Source: Tissierellia bacterium
GTDB taxonomy: Bacteria; Bacillota; Clostridia; Tissierellales; Peptoniphilaceae
Length of the DNA stretch: 64,000 nucleotides
NCBI GenBank assembly: GCA_030535395.1
Contig: JAUNLK010000004.1
Coordinates: 33,209 to 97,208 of the forward strand
Reading direction: 5' to 3'
Notes under the pieces: model-generated
What the model saw: the letters and a program-made list of their open reading frames with translations, nothing else
Told to the model about the DNA's origin: nothing
Databases searched by the model: none
Made by a program: the position numbers and the translations under genes
In this document: positions 1 to 9,167 of the stretch, piece by piece
How the letters are laid out: the number at the start of each line of letters is the position of its first letter
How positions within the stretch are numbered: the first letter of the stretch is position 1

Positions 1-314
1 CATAGTACCTCCTGTGTGAATACGTATTACCTATGAACTCAGTATATTATAAAATTTACAGTTGTACAGTTCTTCCCCCCAATTTTGGAAAATGGGAAAA
101 GCATGTCCCATTGAAGATTTCACTTTTTTAAGTGACGAAAATTAGACAGATCCCCCAGGGAAGTGAGGCTCCCAAATCCCCTGGAATTTTAGCATCTTGA
201 ATGAAGGAAGGGTATTTTAGAAGTGAATCTGTTTTTTGTATTTTGTACAAAGGCTGCTTTTGTGAGAAATATATCTTATTCTCGTTGCATTTTTCGTGAT
301 CCCGGTCCCCACGC

Positions 315-342
315 AAAAAGACGCCCCCTCCCCGGGGGCGTC
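315..342 (-). terminator. Rho-independent terminator downstream of the SLH surface-protein gene
   Basis: GACGCCCCC (320-328) pairs with GGGGGCGTC (334-342) around a 5-nt loop. Plus-strand A-run 315-319 gives a T-run after the hairpin on the minus strand. It lies about 25 nt past the stop at 368-370. Confidence 0.7.
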
Positions 343-367
343 CTCTTCCATAAGCTTTGAAATTTTC

Positions 368-2797
368 TCAATCCTCCTGAGCCAGCTGCCAGAGGCCCCC
401 CTCCCCCTCCAGGTGGGGATTGGTGGCATCCAGGATGGTCCAGTAGGCCCAGTGGTCCTTGGGCACATCGGGATAGGTGATGAGCTCGGCCTCGTCCACT
501 CCTGCCAGATCCTGGGGCCGGGTGCTCCGCTCTTGCCAGCGGGCAAGAATGGTGAGGGCCTCGGCGCGAGTGAGGGCCTCGTCGGGGCGGAAGCTGCCAT
601 CGGGGTAGCCCTGAAGGAGTCCACCGGCCACGGCGGCGCCAATGTAACCATTGGCCCAGTGTCCCTGGGTGTCGGTGAAGTTGGCGGGGGCCTCCTCCCC
701 TTGGATGAGGCGAGCGAGAATGGTGGCCGCTTGCCCGCGGGTGAGGGCCCCGTCGGGATTGAAGCCGCCGCCGGGATAGCCCGACATCAGTCCCTTATGG
801 AAGATGGCGGCAATGGCCTCCTGGGCCCAGTGGCCCTGGACATCGGCGGGAACGGAGCCCGCCCCACTCCCCAGACCCATGCGGGTCAGGAGGGTGGCAA
901 ATTGGGCCCGACTCACGTCATCATTGGGGCGGAAGGAGCCATCGGGAAAGCCCGTCATAATGGCCTCGTGGGCCGTAAGTGCGGGAGTTTCCTCCTGGGG
1001 CTCCTCAGGTTTTTCCACGGGCTCCTCTTCCGTACCCGTGGGAAGGATGGGGCCTGTGGGAATCCAGGGGAAGCTGGGCTTTTCAGGGGCGGGGGTGGTC
1101 CCGGGCTCCTGGGGCTCCTCCGGCTCCTGGGGAGCTGGAGCCTCTGGGCCCTCCATCTCATAGATGGCCACGGTGCCGGAGACTTCCATGGCAGCCAGGA
1201 GGAGGGCCCTCTCCGTGGGGGAGTCCTCTGCCGCCACAAAGGCCAGTCCCTCGGGGGACACATCGTCCTTGATATCGGCGCTGAAATCCCGGGAGTTGAT
1301 GTAGTTTACAAAATGGGCCTCACTGGGATCGGTGATGTCGTAGACCATCACCCCGCTGATCCGCTCCAGGGTGATAAAGGCGTAGGTCTTTTGCCCCACG
1401 GTGCCCACCACTACGGTCTCGGGCTCGGGGCCCTTTTTGCCGGAGCGGTCCTCCCTCTCCACATTGTCATTGGAAGTATTGAAATAATCGGGATAGTACT
1501 GGTTGGTGAGCTCCTCGAAATCGTCCCCACTGTTGTAGACCCGAGTCCCATTTGAGTTCAGAATAGTGAAGCTCCGGCCCCCAAAGAGGAAGTCGTACTC
1601 CCCTTCAGGAAGGCCTTCATAGTCCGAGCTGTCGAAGTAGGTGACTTTATCCTCCGTGGTGATATTGCCACTGGGGGATTTTTTGCCTTTTTTCTCATTG
1701 GAATGCTCGCTACCATCTTCCTCATCCCCCCACTCCCGGCCGTCTCCCTCATTGGCCAGGAGGAGATAGACCTCACCATCCAGTTCCACCGAGGCGATGC
1801 CATCGGCCATGGAAATGCCGTAGAGGCCCTCATATTTCTTGGGGGCATAGGTCTTGTCGCTCTTGTCGATATCCACGGGAACTTCGCCGTGGTCCACCAG
1901 GCCCCCGGAGAAGATCTTCTCAATTTTCCCCTGATCCAGGTCCACCACGGCAATGGCATTGGCCTCCTGGAGGCTCACATAGGCTTTATTCCCCGAAACG
2001 GTGATGTACTCCGGCTCCAAATCCACGGAGGGATTGGTCTTCTTTTTCAGAACCACGCCATCTTTCACCAGTCCTGCCCGGGCTTCAGCTTCATCGTAGT
2101 CAGTAAAGTCGAGGGTATTCACCTCCATGGTTTCGGTATTCACCAGGCTGATGGTCCCCTTGGGGTCCACAATCTTATCGCCGTAGCCTTTCCGGGGCTC
2201 TCCCTCGTCGGCGGTGAGGGCCAGGCTGCCCTCTGCATTGAAGGTGACCATGTCGGGCTGCACCCCAACTTTTACCATGTTTTGATATACCAGCTTCCCT
2301 TCTTTGTCGGTAAAGAAGGCCACATAGCCGGGTTTGCTGTAGTCCTTATCCTGAAGGGCCACGGCAATGAGGCCCTTTTTGGAGCTGTAAGCCACGGAGG
2401 TCATATCCCCGTAGACAAAGCCCTGTGCCTTATCCTCGATTAAAGTGGCAACTTGAATATCTGATTGGGCCTCCATCTCGAGATTGATGCCATCCTTCAG
2501 TTCCCCCAGGGGGAGCCGGGAGAGGGTCTGCTTCTTACCGTTGATGACATAGGCCACTTTAAGATCCTCATTGTAGGCCACAATCTCCGTGGTGCCCCCA
2601 TCTTCGTCCATGACGCCCGAATTGTAGCGGCCAATTTGGCGTATTTTAAGCTCCGCCCCTTTATTGGCCACGCCCTCATAGAGGGTCGCGGTGGTTTCCA
2701 CAGCCTGATCCGCGGCCAGGGCCACTGGCGCCATCACGGGGCTTGCGAGGAGGCTCCCAGCCAGGCTGAGGGCCATTAGATTCCTTTTCCAGTTCAT
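368..2797 (-). CDS. Secreted cell-surface protein: signal peptide, choice-of-anchor-I-like beta-propeller region, PE-rich linker, three C-terminal SLH repeats
   Basis: The track ORF 368..3127 is trimmed to the ATG at 2795-2797 (MNWKRNLMALSLAGSLLASPVMAPVALA), preceded by AAGGAGGAT (2803-2811). The N-terminus is hydrophobic and signal-like. The C-terminus has three SLH-type repeats (FPDGSFRPNDDVSRAQFATLL; GYPGGGFNPDGALTRGQAATILARL; FTDTQGHWA...GYPDGSFRPDEALTRAEALTILARW). The central TEIVAY...ANEGDGREW region resembles choice-of-anchor I proteins; this is a recollection, not a search. Confidence 0.85.
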   Translation of the reverse strand: MNWKRNLMALSLAGSLLASPVMAPVALAADQAVETTATLYEGVANKGAELKIRQIGRYNSGVMDEDGGTTEIVAYNEDLKVAYVINGKKQTLSRLPLGELKDGINLEMEAQSDIQVATLIEDKAQGFVYGDMTSVAYSSKKGLIAVALQDKDYSKPGYVAFFTDKEGKLVYQNMVKVGVQPDMVTFNAEGSLALTADEGEPRKGYGDKIVDPKGTISLVNTETMEVNTLDFTDYDEAEARAGLVKDGVVLKKKTNPSVDLEPEYITVSGNKAYVSLQEANAIAVVDLDQGKIEKIFSGGLVDHGEVPVDIDKSDKTYAPKKYEGLYGISMADGIASVELDGEVYLLLANEGDGREWGDEEDGSEHSNEKKGKKSPSGNITTEDKVTYFDSSDYEGLPEGEYDFLFGGRSFTILNSNGTRVYNSGDDFEELTNQYYPDYFNTSNDNVEREDRSGKKGPEPETVVVGTVGQKTYAFITLERISGVMVYDITDPSEAHFVNYINSRDFSADIKDDVSPEGLAFVAAEDSPTERALLLAAMEVSGTVAIYEMEGPEAPAPQEPEEPQEPGTTPAPEKPSFPWIPTGPILPTGTEEEPVEKPEEPQEETPALTAHEAIMTGFPDGSFRPNDDVSRAQFATLLTRMGLGSGAGSVPADVQGHWAQEAIAAIFHKGLMSGYPGGGFNPDGALTRGQAATILARLIQGEEAPANFTDTQGHWANGYIGAAVAGGLLQGYPDGSFRPDEALTRAEALTILARWQERSTRPQDLAGVDEAELITYPDVPKDHWAYWTILDATNPHLEGEGGLWQLAQED

Positions 2798-2919
2798 TCC
2801 ATCCTCCTTAAGGCTTCCTATTCCTCCCTTCAGTGTAGGGGAGGGCCTTGGCCTCTCAATTAAATGGATGTAAAAAAAGAGTAAAAAAATAACGTCCCCC
2901 TTTAAAGGGACGTCAAATT

Positions 2920-3786
2920 CTAGCCTTCCATGGCCCTCTGAATCAGCAGCTGACCGTAGTTGGTCTTGGCCAGATCCTCTCCCAGCCAGCCCAGCTGGGT
3001 GGCATCGATCCAGCCCTGCTCGTAGGCCGCCAGCTCTATGGAGCCCACCAGGCCATTGTGGGACTGAATTTCCTTGATGTGCTCGGCGGATTTGAGGAGG
3101 GTGTCGGCGCTTCCGGCATCCATCCACAGGGTCCCGGACTCCAGTCGGGTCACCTTGAGGCGGCCCTCCTGAAGGTATCTCTGATTGATGTCGGTGATCT
3201 CCAGCTCCCCCCGCTGGGAGGGGGTGAGCTCCTTGGCAAAGTCCACCACGTCGTTTTTGTAGACATAGAGGCCCGGCACAATGAAATTGCTCTTGGGATT
3301 CTGGGGCTTCTCCTCGATGCTGCTCACCCTGCCCTCTTCGTCGAAGCCCAGGACCCCGAAGGCCCTGGGGTCCTCCACCTCCAGGCCAAAGATCCCCCCG
3401 CCGATGTTCTCCGCCATGGATTTTTCGATGGCCTGATTCATCTTTTCCCCGTGGAAGATATTGTCCCCCAGGGCCAAAATGACATCGCTGAGGCCAATGA
3501 ATTCCTCCCCAATGAGGAAGGCGTCGGCGATTCCCCGCTGGACCGCCTGTTCCCGGTAGACGATTTTCATCCCCAGTTTTGAGCCGTCGCCAAAGAGCTC
3601 CTGGAAGGGGGCCTTCCGCCCCAGGGGGGTGATGATGAGAATCTCCCGGATCCCCGCGGCCATGAGGGTGCTCAGGGGATAGTAGATCATGGGCTTGTCG
3701 TAGACGGGGAGGAGGGGCTTAAGTACGGGAAGGGTCATGGGATACATCCGCGTTCCCTTCCCAGCAGCTAGAATAATGCCTCTCAT
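2920..3786 (-). CDS. rfbA: Glucose-1-phosphate thymidylyltransferase (RmlA/RfbA family)
   Basis: The N-terminus MRGIILAAGKGTRMYPMT...KPLLPVYDKPMIYYPLSTLMAAGIREILIITP is the canonical RmlA nucleotidyltransferase signature. Its start overlaps the upstream gene stop (ATGA at 3783-3786). Confidence 0.9.
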   Translation of the reverse strand: MRGIILAAGKGTRMYPMTLPVLKPLLPVYDKPMIYYPLSTLMAAGIREILIITPLGRKAPFQELFGDGSKLGMKIVYREQAVQRGIADAFLIGEEFIGLSDVILALGDNIFHGEKMNQAIEKSMAENIGGGIFGLEVEDPRAFGVLGFDEEGRVSSIEEKPQNPKSNFIVPGLYVYKNDVVDFAKELTPSQRGELEITDINQRYLQEGRLKVTRLESGTLWMDAGSADTLLKSAEHIKEIQSHNGLVGSIELAAYEQGWIDATQLGWLGEDLAKTNYGQLLIQRAMEG

Positions 3787-4232
3787 TGAGCCTGCTCCGG
3801 CCTGGTTCTCATATAGGCGGTGACGGTGATCTTGGTGGTGATTTCACCCTCGGGATTCTTCACCTCCAGATAAAACTGGACGTCCCCCCGGTCCTCCCGG
3901 ACCATGTCCACTTGAGTCACCTCCAGGTGGCCGGTGTAGGGGGTGTTGGGATAGGTGGGCAGCAGCCACTCCACATTGTTGATTCTCCTGCCGGCAACGA
4001 CCCCCTCGGCGTCCAGCTTGGTGTGGACGAACTGGCCCCAGCTCACGGCCAGGGTCTGATAGCCCGAGGCAATGAGGCCCTTAAACTGGGACTTCTCCGC
4101 CTCCTCCCTATTGGTGTGGATGTCCCGAGGGTCATAGGTCTCGGCAAATTCAATGATCTGTTCTTCAGTGAGGGTAAAGGGCTCCAGGTCCATGGACCAG
4201 CCCACGGTAAAATCTTCAAGATACATTATCAT
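3783..4232 (-). CDS. MaoC-like (R)-hydratase/hotdog-fold protein
   Basis: 149 aa. FAETYDPRDIHTNREEAEKSQFKGLIASGYQTLAVSW matches the MaoC dehydratase hotdog motif region. It overlaps the mnmA stop and the rfbA start, which indicates an operon. Confidence 0.75.
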   Translation of the reverse strand: MIMYLEDFTVGWSMDLEPFTLTEEQIIEFAETYDPRDIHTNREEAEKSQFKGLIASGYQTLAVSWGQFVHTKLDAEGVVAGRRINNVEWLLPTYPNTPYTGHLEVTQVDMVREDRGDVQFYLEVKNPEGEITTKITVTAYMRTRPEQAQ

Positions 4233-5305
4233 TCTCCCTTCGTAATGGTGCCTCCTCCCAGAACTTCCCTGCCCTCGGCTCCCCCGTAGAAGACTACAGC
4301 CTGACCCGGCGTCACGGCGGAGTGGATGTCATGGAAGTGGAGGTGCACTTGATCCCCGTGGACGGTGAGGGTGGCTGGGGTTTCGGGCCCGTGGTAGCGG
4401 GTCTTGGCCAAAACCTCAATGGGCTCCTGGGGCTTTCCTATGGAGAGCCAGCGGACATCCCTCGCCCAGAGGCCGGTGTTTTCCAGCTCCCTCTTGGTGC
4501 CCAGGGTGACGGTGTTTTTCTCCATGTCCTTGGCCACCACATAGGCGGGATAGCCCGTGGCGATGCCCAGGCCCTTTCGCTGGCCAATGGTGTAGCCCAC
4601 GGCGCCGCCATGGCTGCCCAGGACATTGCCCTCGGTGTCCAGCACCTTTCCCGGGGAATATTCTTTCCCAGTGTAGCGCTCCAGGAATCCCTTGTAGTCG
4701 CCGTCGGGGACGAAGCAGATGTCCTGGGAGTCCTGTTTTTTTGCATTGATGAGCCCCGCTGCTGCTGCAATTTCCCGGACCTCTTCCTTTTCCATGCCCC
4801 CCAGGGGGAAGAGGGTGTGGGCCAGCTGCTCCTGAGTCAGGCTGTAGAGGACATAGGACTGGTCTTTTTTCGAGTCCAGCCCCTTCTTGAGCCGGTAGCG
4901 GCCCTCCACCTCTTCAACTTGGGCGTAGTGGCCCGTGGCGATGAACTCACAGTTCAGCTCCTGGGCCTGCTGGTAGAGCTGGTCAAATTTCAGATGGCGA
5001 TTGCAGGCAATGCAGGGATTGGGGGTGTATCCGGCTTCATAGGCCGCCACAAAGGGGTCCATGACCTCCTCTTGAAAGCGATCTGAAAAGTCATACACAT
5101 GATAATCCATACCCAACCTTTGGGCCACCATTCGTGCATCGGAAATATCGTCCAAGCTACAGCAGCTGTGCTCCCCCAGATTCAAATCCTCACTGGCAAA
5201 GAGCTTCATGGTGACCCCCACCACCTCGTGGCCCGCCTCCTTCAGCAAATAGGCCACCACTGAGGAGTCCACGCCACCGCTCATGGCAACTAAAATACGG
5301 CTCAT
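4229..5305 (-). CDS. mnmA: tRNA 2-thiouridine(34) synthase MnmA
   Basis: It has the PP-loop ILVAMSGGVDSSVVAYLL and the conserved CCS..D and NPCIACN motifs. The start is moved to the ATG at 5303-5305 (MSRILVAMSGG), preceded by GGGGGA. The track start at 5332 is less likely. Confidence 0.9.
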   Translation of the reverse strand: MSRILVAMSGGVDSSVVAYLLKEAGHEVVGVTMKLFASEDLNLGEHSCCSLDDISDARMVAQRLGMDYHVYDFSDRFQEEVMDPFVAAYEAGYTPNPCIACNRHLKFDQLYQQAQELNCEFIATGHYAQVEEVEGRYRLKKGLDSKKDQSYVLYSLTQEQLAHTLFPLGGMEKEEVREIAAAAGLINAKKQDSQDICFVPDGDYKGFLERYTGKEYSPGKVLDTEGNVLGSHGGAVGYTIGQRKGLGIATGYPAYVVAKDMEKNTVTLGTKRELENTGLWARDVRWLSIGKPQEPIEVLAKTRYHGPETPATLTVHGDQVHLHFHDIHSAVTPGQAVVFYGGAEGREVLGGGTITKGE

Positions 5306-5447
5306 AATTCCCCCTGTTCTATTTCGGTACAATTTAAATCTATAAAAATATCACACAAATCAAATTCAGCCCGGCAAGTTCCCGCCGGCTCCGGGGAGTA
5401 ATCCAGATGCCCCTCTCCCTAAAAAAAGCGGAAAAAAAGACCAAAAT

Positions 5448-6149
5448 CTAGGATTTCGGTCTCCGCAGTTTGCTCTTCAATTGGGGACTGCTCTTTTTTG
5501 AATCCAGGACCTTTCTCCGGGTCATCCTCTGAACTTCCTCCGGAAGCTGCCCGTAGACGGCAAAACTCTCCTCCTCAAAGTGGAGGAAGGCCTCCTGGAA
5601 AAACCAGGCCTGCATCATGGCCACATAGTAGCGGGGATCCCGAAATGCTCCCACAATTTGAATGGTAAGTTTACCATATTCCTGATCTAAGTACAAGGAT
5701 TTCAGCAGATACAGGGCGTAGCGCCTGGTGTAGGCCCCTTGGGCCCCCAGCCAGTCCACAGTGGTGGGCCAGAGCTCTCTTCGGTGCTCCCGGAAGACTT
5801 TGGGCAGGGGGGTGTCCGTCACCGCCCAGGAGTCCACATGGGGGAGAAAATACTTCAGATTTGCCACAATGGCGGCAAAATCCCCCTCCCGCCGCAAGAG
5901 GCGCATGTGGAGGAGGTCCTCCTCGTGGGTGCCGTGGGGGAGGGAGGAGGAGTCCAAGAAAGTGCGGGTAAATTCTGGGCTCATCCTCTTGATGATCTCA
6001 TCCAAGGCGGGAAGGGACACCCCCAGGACCCGGCCGGGGTCCACGGCGGGAATCAGGGGGAGGAAGAAGGCCCGGTAGTCCTCCGAGGCCCCCTCCCGCA
6101 GGGCCCGGGAGAGTTCCTCCATGGTGTGAATCATCTTCTGCTCACTCAT
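5448..6149 (-). CDS. DNA alkylation repair protein (AlkD-like HEAT-repeat family)
   Basis: 233 aa. The length and the pattern ...YRAFFLPLIP...LGVSLPALDEI...HVDSWAVTD... are typical of the DNA alkylation repair enzyme family (recollection of PF08713-type proteins). Confidence 0.65.
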   Translation of the reverse strand: MSEQKMIHTMEELSRALREGASEDYRAFFLPLIPAVDPGRVLGVSLPALDEIIKRMSPEFTRTFLDSSSLPHGTHEEDLLHMRLLRREGDFAAIVANLKYFLPHVDSWAVTDTPLPKVFREHRRELWPTTVDWLGAQGAYTRRYALYLLKSLYLDQEYGKLTIQIVGAFRDPRYYVAMMQAWFFQEAFLHFEEESFAVYGQLPEEVQRMTRRKVLDSKKSSPQLKSKLRRPKS

Positions 6150-6155
6150 GGCGGC

Positions 6156-6716
6156 CTACTGGAGAATCAGCCTCAGGAGGAGGACGAAGACCACCACCAG
6201 GGCAATTTTAATGAACTTGGAAGAGAAGCTGGAGGCCCGCTTCCCCTGGGAGATCATGGGGCCCTCGTCCTGAAACTCCTCGTAGAAGGCCGCATGCTCC
6301 CTGAGGCCCTCCTCCCCCCGGAGCTGCCCGCCCCCGCCCCCACGGCGCTGGGCCAGGGGCGAGAGAAGGGGCCCCTGGGCCTCCTCCGGAGGAGCTTCCG
6401 ATGGATCTCCAGCCTCCGCGAAAGTGGCTTCCGGAGTGGCATCCGGAGTGGCATCCGAGGGATCGTCATCCTCTTCCAAAGTGGCAACCGGGGAATCTCC
6501 GGCCTCCGCGAAAGTGGCCTCCGGCACCTCCCCCAGAGCTTCTGGAGGGTCATTGATGGGGAGCCCATTGAGCTCCCCATCTCCCACTTCTATATTTGCT
6601 CCCGAAGAGATCTCCCCCGAGGGCCTCTCACCCAAAGGGTAGACCAATACCGTGCCACAGACGCGACACTGGGTCCTGAAATCTTCATTTTCAGCGGAGC
6701 AAAAGCGACATTTCAT
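6156..6716 (-). CDS. Zinc-ribbon protein with acidic repeat region and C-terminal transmembrane anchor
   Basis: The N-terminus MKCRFCSAENEDFRTQCRVCG has a CxxC...CxxC zinc ribbon. The unit PEATFAEAGD(S/P) is repeated. The C-terminal FIKIALVVVFVLLLRLIL is hydrophobic. Confidence 0.6.
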   Translation of the reverse strand: MKCRFCSAENEDFRTQCRVCGTVLVYPLGERPSGEISSGANIEVGDGELNGLPINDPPEALGEVPEATFAEAGDSPVATLEEDDDPSDATPDATPEATFAEAGDPSEAPPEEAQGPLLSPLAQRRGGGGGQLRGEEGLREHAAFYEEFQDEGPMISQGKRASSFSSKFIKIALVVVFVLLLRLILQ

Positions 6717-6734
6717 AGCATATCCCTCCCAGGA

Positions 6735-7637
6735 TCAGTTCACCGCCTTCTTCCTACTGGGCAATTGCGCGATGACAATGGCCGCAAACATGATGATGCA
6801 GCCAATGGCCTCCCTGGAGGTGAGGCGCTCCCCCAAAAGCAGGGCACCGGCGAGAACGGCAAAGACCGATTCCAAGCTCATGAGCAGAGAGGCGATGGTG
6901 GGGTCGGTGTCCTTCTGTACCAGAATTTGGAAGGTGTAGCCCACCCCCGAGGAGAGGACCCCGGCATAGAGAATGGGCAGTGCCCCATTCACAATGGCTT
7001 CCCAGGACACTTTTTCGGCAAAAATCATGACAATGGCCGAGAGCACGGCCGCTACGAAGAATTGTATCATACTCATGGCCACCCCATTGCTCTTGGGGCT
7101 GTAGTGGTCAATGACCAAAATGTGGCCGGAGTAGAGGACCGCACAGATGAGGATGAGGAAGTCTCCCAGATTCATCCGGAGGCTGTCGCCCCTCATGGTG
7201 AGGAGATAGAGGCCCACGGCCCCCAGGGCCACACAGGCCCAGAGGCGGAGGCCCACCTTTTTCCCCAAGAAGATCCCCAGTAGGGGCACAATGATGATGT
7301 AGAGGGCCGTGATAAAACCCGCTTTTCCCGCCGTGGCGCCAAATTGAATCCCCAATTGCTGAAAGCTCATGGCAAAAAAAAGGGCCGCACCACAGGCGAC
7401 ACCCCCGCGAATGGTGCTCTTCCGCTTGGAAGGGTCCACCGGCTCCAGGGGTTTGCCGAAAATTTTTGGCCAGAAATACAGGACCAGTAAGAGGGTCACC
7501 CCGGCGATGATATTTCGACAAAAATTAAAAGTGAACGTACCCAAATGATCCATGCCACTGACTTGGGCCACAAAGGCGGCCCCCCAGATCATGGCGGTAA
7601 TTAATAGCATCAGATTACTACGCAGCGTTTTACTCAT
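6735..7637 (-). CDS. DMT-superfamily (EamA-like) transporter
   Basis: 300 aa with about 10 predicted TM segments and two EamA-like halves (LITAMIWGAAFVAQ... and ...LLGERLTSREAIGCIIMFAAIVI). Confidence 0.8.
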   Translation of the reverse strand: MSKTLRSNLMLLITAMIWGAAFVAQVSGMDHLGTFTFNFCRNIIAGVTLLLVLYFWPKIFGKPLEPVDPSKRKSTIRGGVACGAALFFAMSFQQLGIQFGATAGKAGFITALYIIIVPLLGIFLGKKVGLRLWACVALGAVGLYLLTMRGDSLRMNLGDFLILICAVLYSGHILVIDHYSPKSNGVAMSMIQFFVAAVLSAIVMIFAEKVSWEAIVNGALPILYAGVLSSGVGYTFQILVQKDTDPTIASLLMSLESVFAVLAGALLLGERLTSREAIGCIIMFAAIVIAQLPSRKKAVN

Positions 7638-7720
7638 AGATCCCTCCCTTTAACAAAATTGTACCAAAGGTGGGAAAACCTTTCAATCCAAAGAAAAGAG
7701 GCTGCCTTAGAATTTTTCCC

Positions 7721-7748
7721 AAACAAAAAGCTCCCTCAAAGGGAGCTT
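7721..7748 (-). terminator. Rho-independent terminator after the sodium symporter gene
   Basis: AAGCTCCCT (7728-7736) pairs with AGGGAGCTT (7740-7748). On the minus strand the hairpin is followed by TTTTTGTTT. The stop codon is at 7753. Confidence 0.75.
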
Positions 7749-7752
7749 TCCT

Positions 7753-9159
7753 TTACATGGGGAAGAAGCCAAAGAAGGCATTGAGCTGAATGATGACAAT
7801 GAAGAAGAGGAAGACCGGCGCAATCCAGCGGAGGGAGAATTGATAGAATCCCCTGGAGCGGAAGGGACCGGTGAGGGCCACCTCATCGTCCAAAATGCCG
7901 GGCTTAAACCAGCCCAGGAGAATGGAGAAGAACAGGCCCCCCAGGGGCATGAGAATCCCCTCGGCCCCCAGGTCAAAGACATCCAGCCAAGTGGACAGAC
8001 CAAAGGGGTGGGGCATGCCGCTGGAACCCAGGGCATCCAAGCTCACCAGGGTGCCGCCCAAAAAGGCCCCAATGGTGAAGATCAGAGTCATCTTCAGGCG
8101 ATTGGGCTCCTTGCCCCGCTCCTGCTGGCCGTCCAGCATGGCGGAGACCGCCCCCTCGGTCATGGCAATGGAGGAGGTGAGGGCCGCAAAGAGGACCAAG
8201 AGATAGAAGACCATGCCAAAGATGGGTCCCGTGGCTCCCATGCTCTGGAAGACCGTCTGAAGGGAGACAAAGAGGAGTCCCGGTCCCCCACCGGGTTCCA
8301 GGCCAAAGGCGAAGACGGCGGGCATGACGGCCATGGCCGCAAGGACCGCCACCACGGAGTCGGCCACGGGGATGATCCAACCATTGCTCTCAATGTCGGC
8401 GGATTTGCTCAAATAGGAGCCGTAGGCGATCACCGCCCCCGAGGAGAGGGAGAGGGAGAAGAACATCTGACTTCCGGCATTGCCCAGGACACTGAGCCAG
8501 CCCATGCCCTTGAAGACTTCAAAATTGGGCTTGAAGATAAAGGCCAGTCCCTCACGGGCGCCGGGGAGGGTGTTGGCTCTAAATACCACCACCAGGAGCA
8601 TGACGAAGAGGGCGGGCATGGCAAAATTGGAAAAGCGCTCAATCCCCCCGGAGATCCCCCGCACCACAATGAGGAAAGTGGCAAAGAGGAAGATATAGGT
8701 GTAGATGAGAGGCTCCAGGCCACTGGACATAAACTGCTCAAAGAAGGCACCGCTGTCCATCCCCTGAAGGCCGAAGCCCAGGTTCAAGAAGTCCCCCAAA
8801 TTAATGAGGAAGTACTTGATGATATAGCCCCCAAAGACCACATAAAAACAAATCAATAAAAATGGAGCCACAGTATCGAAGTAACCGGTGAAGGTGAAGC
8901 GCTTGTCCACCCGCTTAAATGCCTGAATGGCAGCTTTTCCCGTCTTCCGCCCCAGGGCAATTTCCCCCACCATGAGGGGATAGCCCACAGTGGCCACCAG
9001 CAACACATAGATTAAAAGGAAGGCGAAACCGCCGCCCATGCCCATTTTGTAGGGAAAGCCCCACAAATTCCCCAGGCCCACGGCGGAGCCTATGGATGAC
9101 ATGAGAAAACCAAAATTTGAATTGAAAGTACCCTTATTGTTATTTTTTTCGGAACTCAT
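7753..9159 (-). CDS. Sodium-dependent transporter, neurotransmitter:sodium symporter (SNF/NSS) family
   Basis: GFLMSSIGSAVGLGNLWGFPYKMG is the NSS signature. 468 aa and polytopic. The RBS AGGAGGTAC lies directly upstream. Confidence 0.9.
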   Translation of the reverse strand: MSSEKNNNKGTFNSNFGFLMSSIGSAVGLGNLWGFPYKMGMGGGFAFLLIYVLLVATVGYPLMVGEIALGRKTGKAAIQAFKRVDKRFTFTGYFDTVAPFLLICFYVVFGGYIIKYFLINLGDFLNLGFGLQGMDSGAFFEQFMSSGLEPLIYTYIFLFATFLIVVRGISGGIERFSNFAMPALFVMLLVVVFRANTLPGAREGLAFIFKPNFEVFKGMGWLSVLGNAGSQMFFSLSLSSGAVIAYGSYLSKSADIESNGWIIPVADSVVAVLAAMAVMPAVFAFGLEPGGGPGLLFVSLQTVFQSMGATGPIFGMVFYLLVLFAALTSSIAMTEGAVSAMLDGQQERGKEPNRLKMTLIFTIGAFLGGTLVSLDALGSSGMPHPFGLSTWLDVFDLGAEGILMPLGGLFFSILLGWFKPGILDDEVALTGPFRSRGFYQFSLRWIAPVFLFFIVIIQLNAFFGFFPM

Positions 9160-9167
9160 AGTACCTC

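Noticed and set aside
128-651. ORFs 128-316(-) and 217-651(-) at the left edge. Also noted: the CAT at 1-3 preceded by AGGAGGTAC.
   Set aside because: The two ORFs lie in AT-rich intergenic DNA or antisense to the SLH gene terminator region and lack support. The CAT at 1-3 is probably the start codon of a minus-strand gene lying entirely outside the window, so no feature can be reported.
296-1555. Long antisense ORFs throughout the track, for example 296-1555(+), 1703-2443(+), 5739-7283(+), 7840-8859(+), 11058-12242(+), 18772-20604(+), 28035-29369(+), 31393-32349(-), 32406-33359(-), 34169-35668(-), 37276-38286(-), 38120-39079(-), 41699-42832(-), 49976-51097(+), 50484-52112(-), 57659-58654(-), 61477-62673(+), 62634-63626(+).
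   Set aside because: Each lies opposite a gene with an unmistakable family signature. Their translations are Gly/Pro/Arg/His-rich low-complexity strings typical of the antisense frames of G/C3-rich genes. None has a credible RBS.
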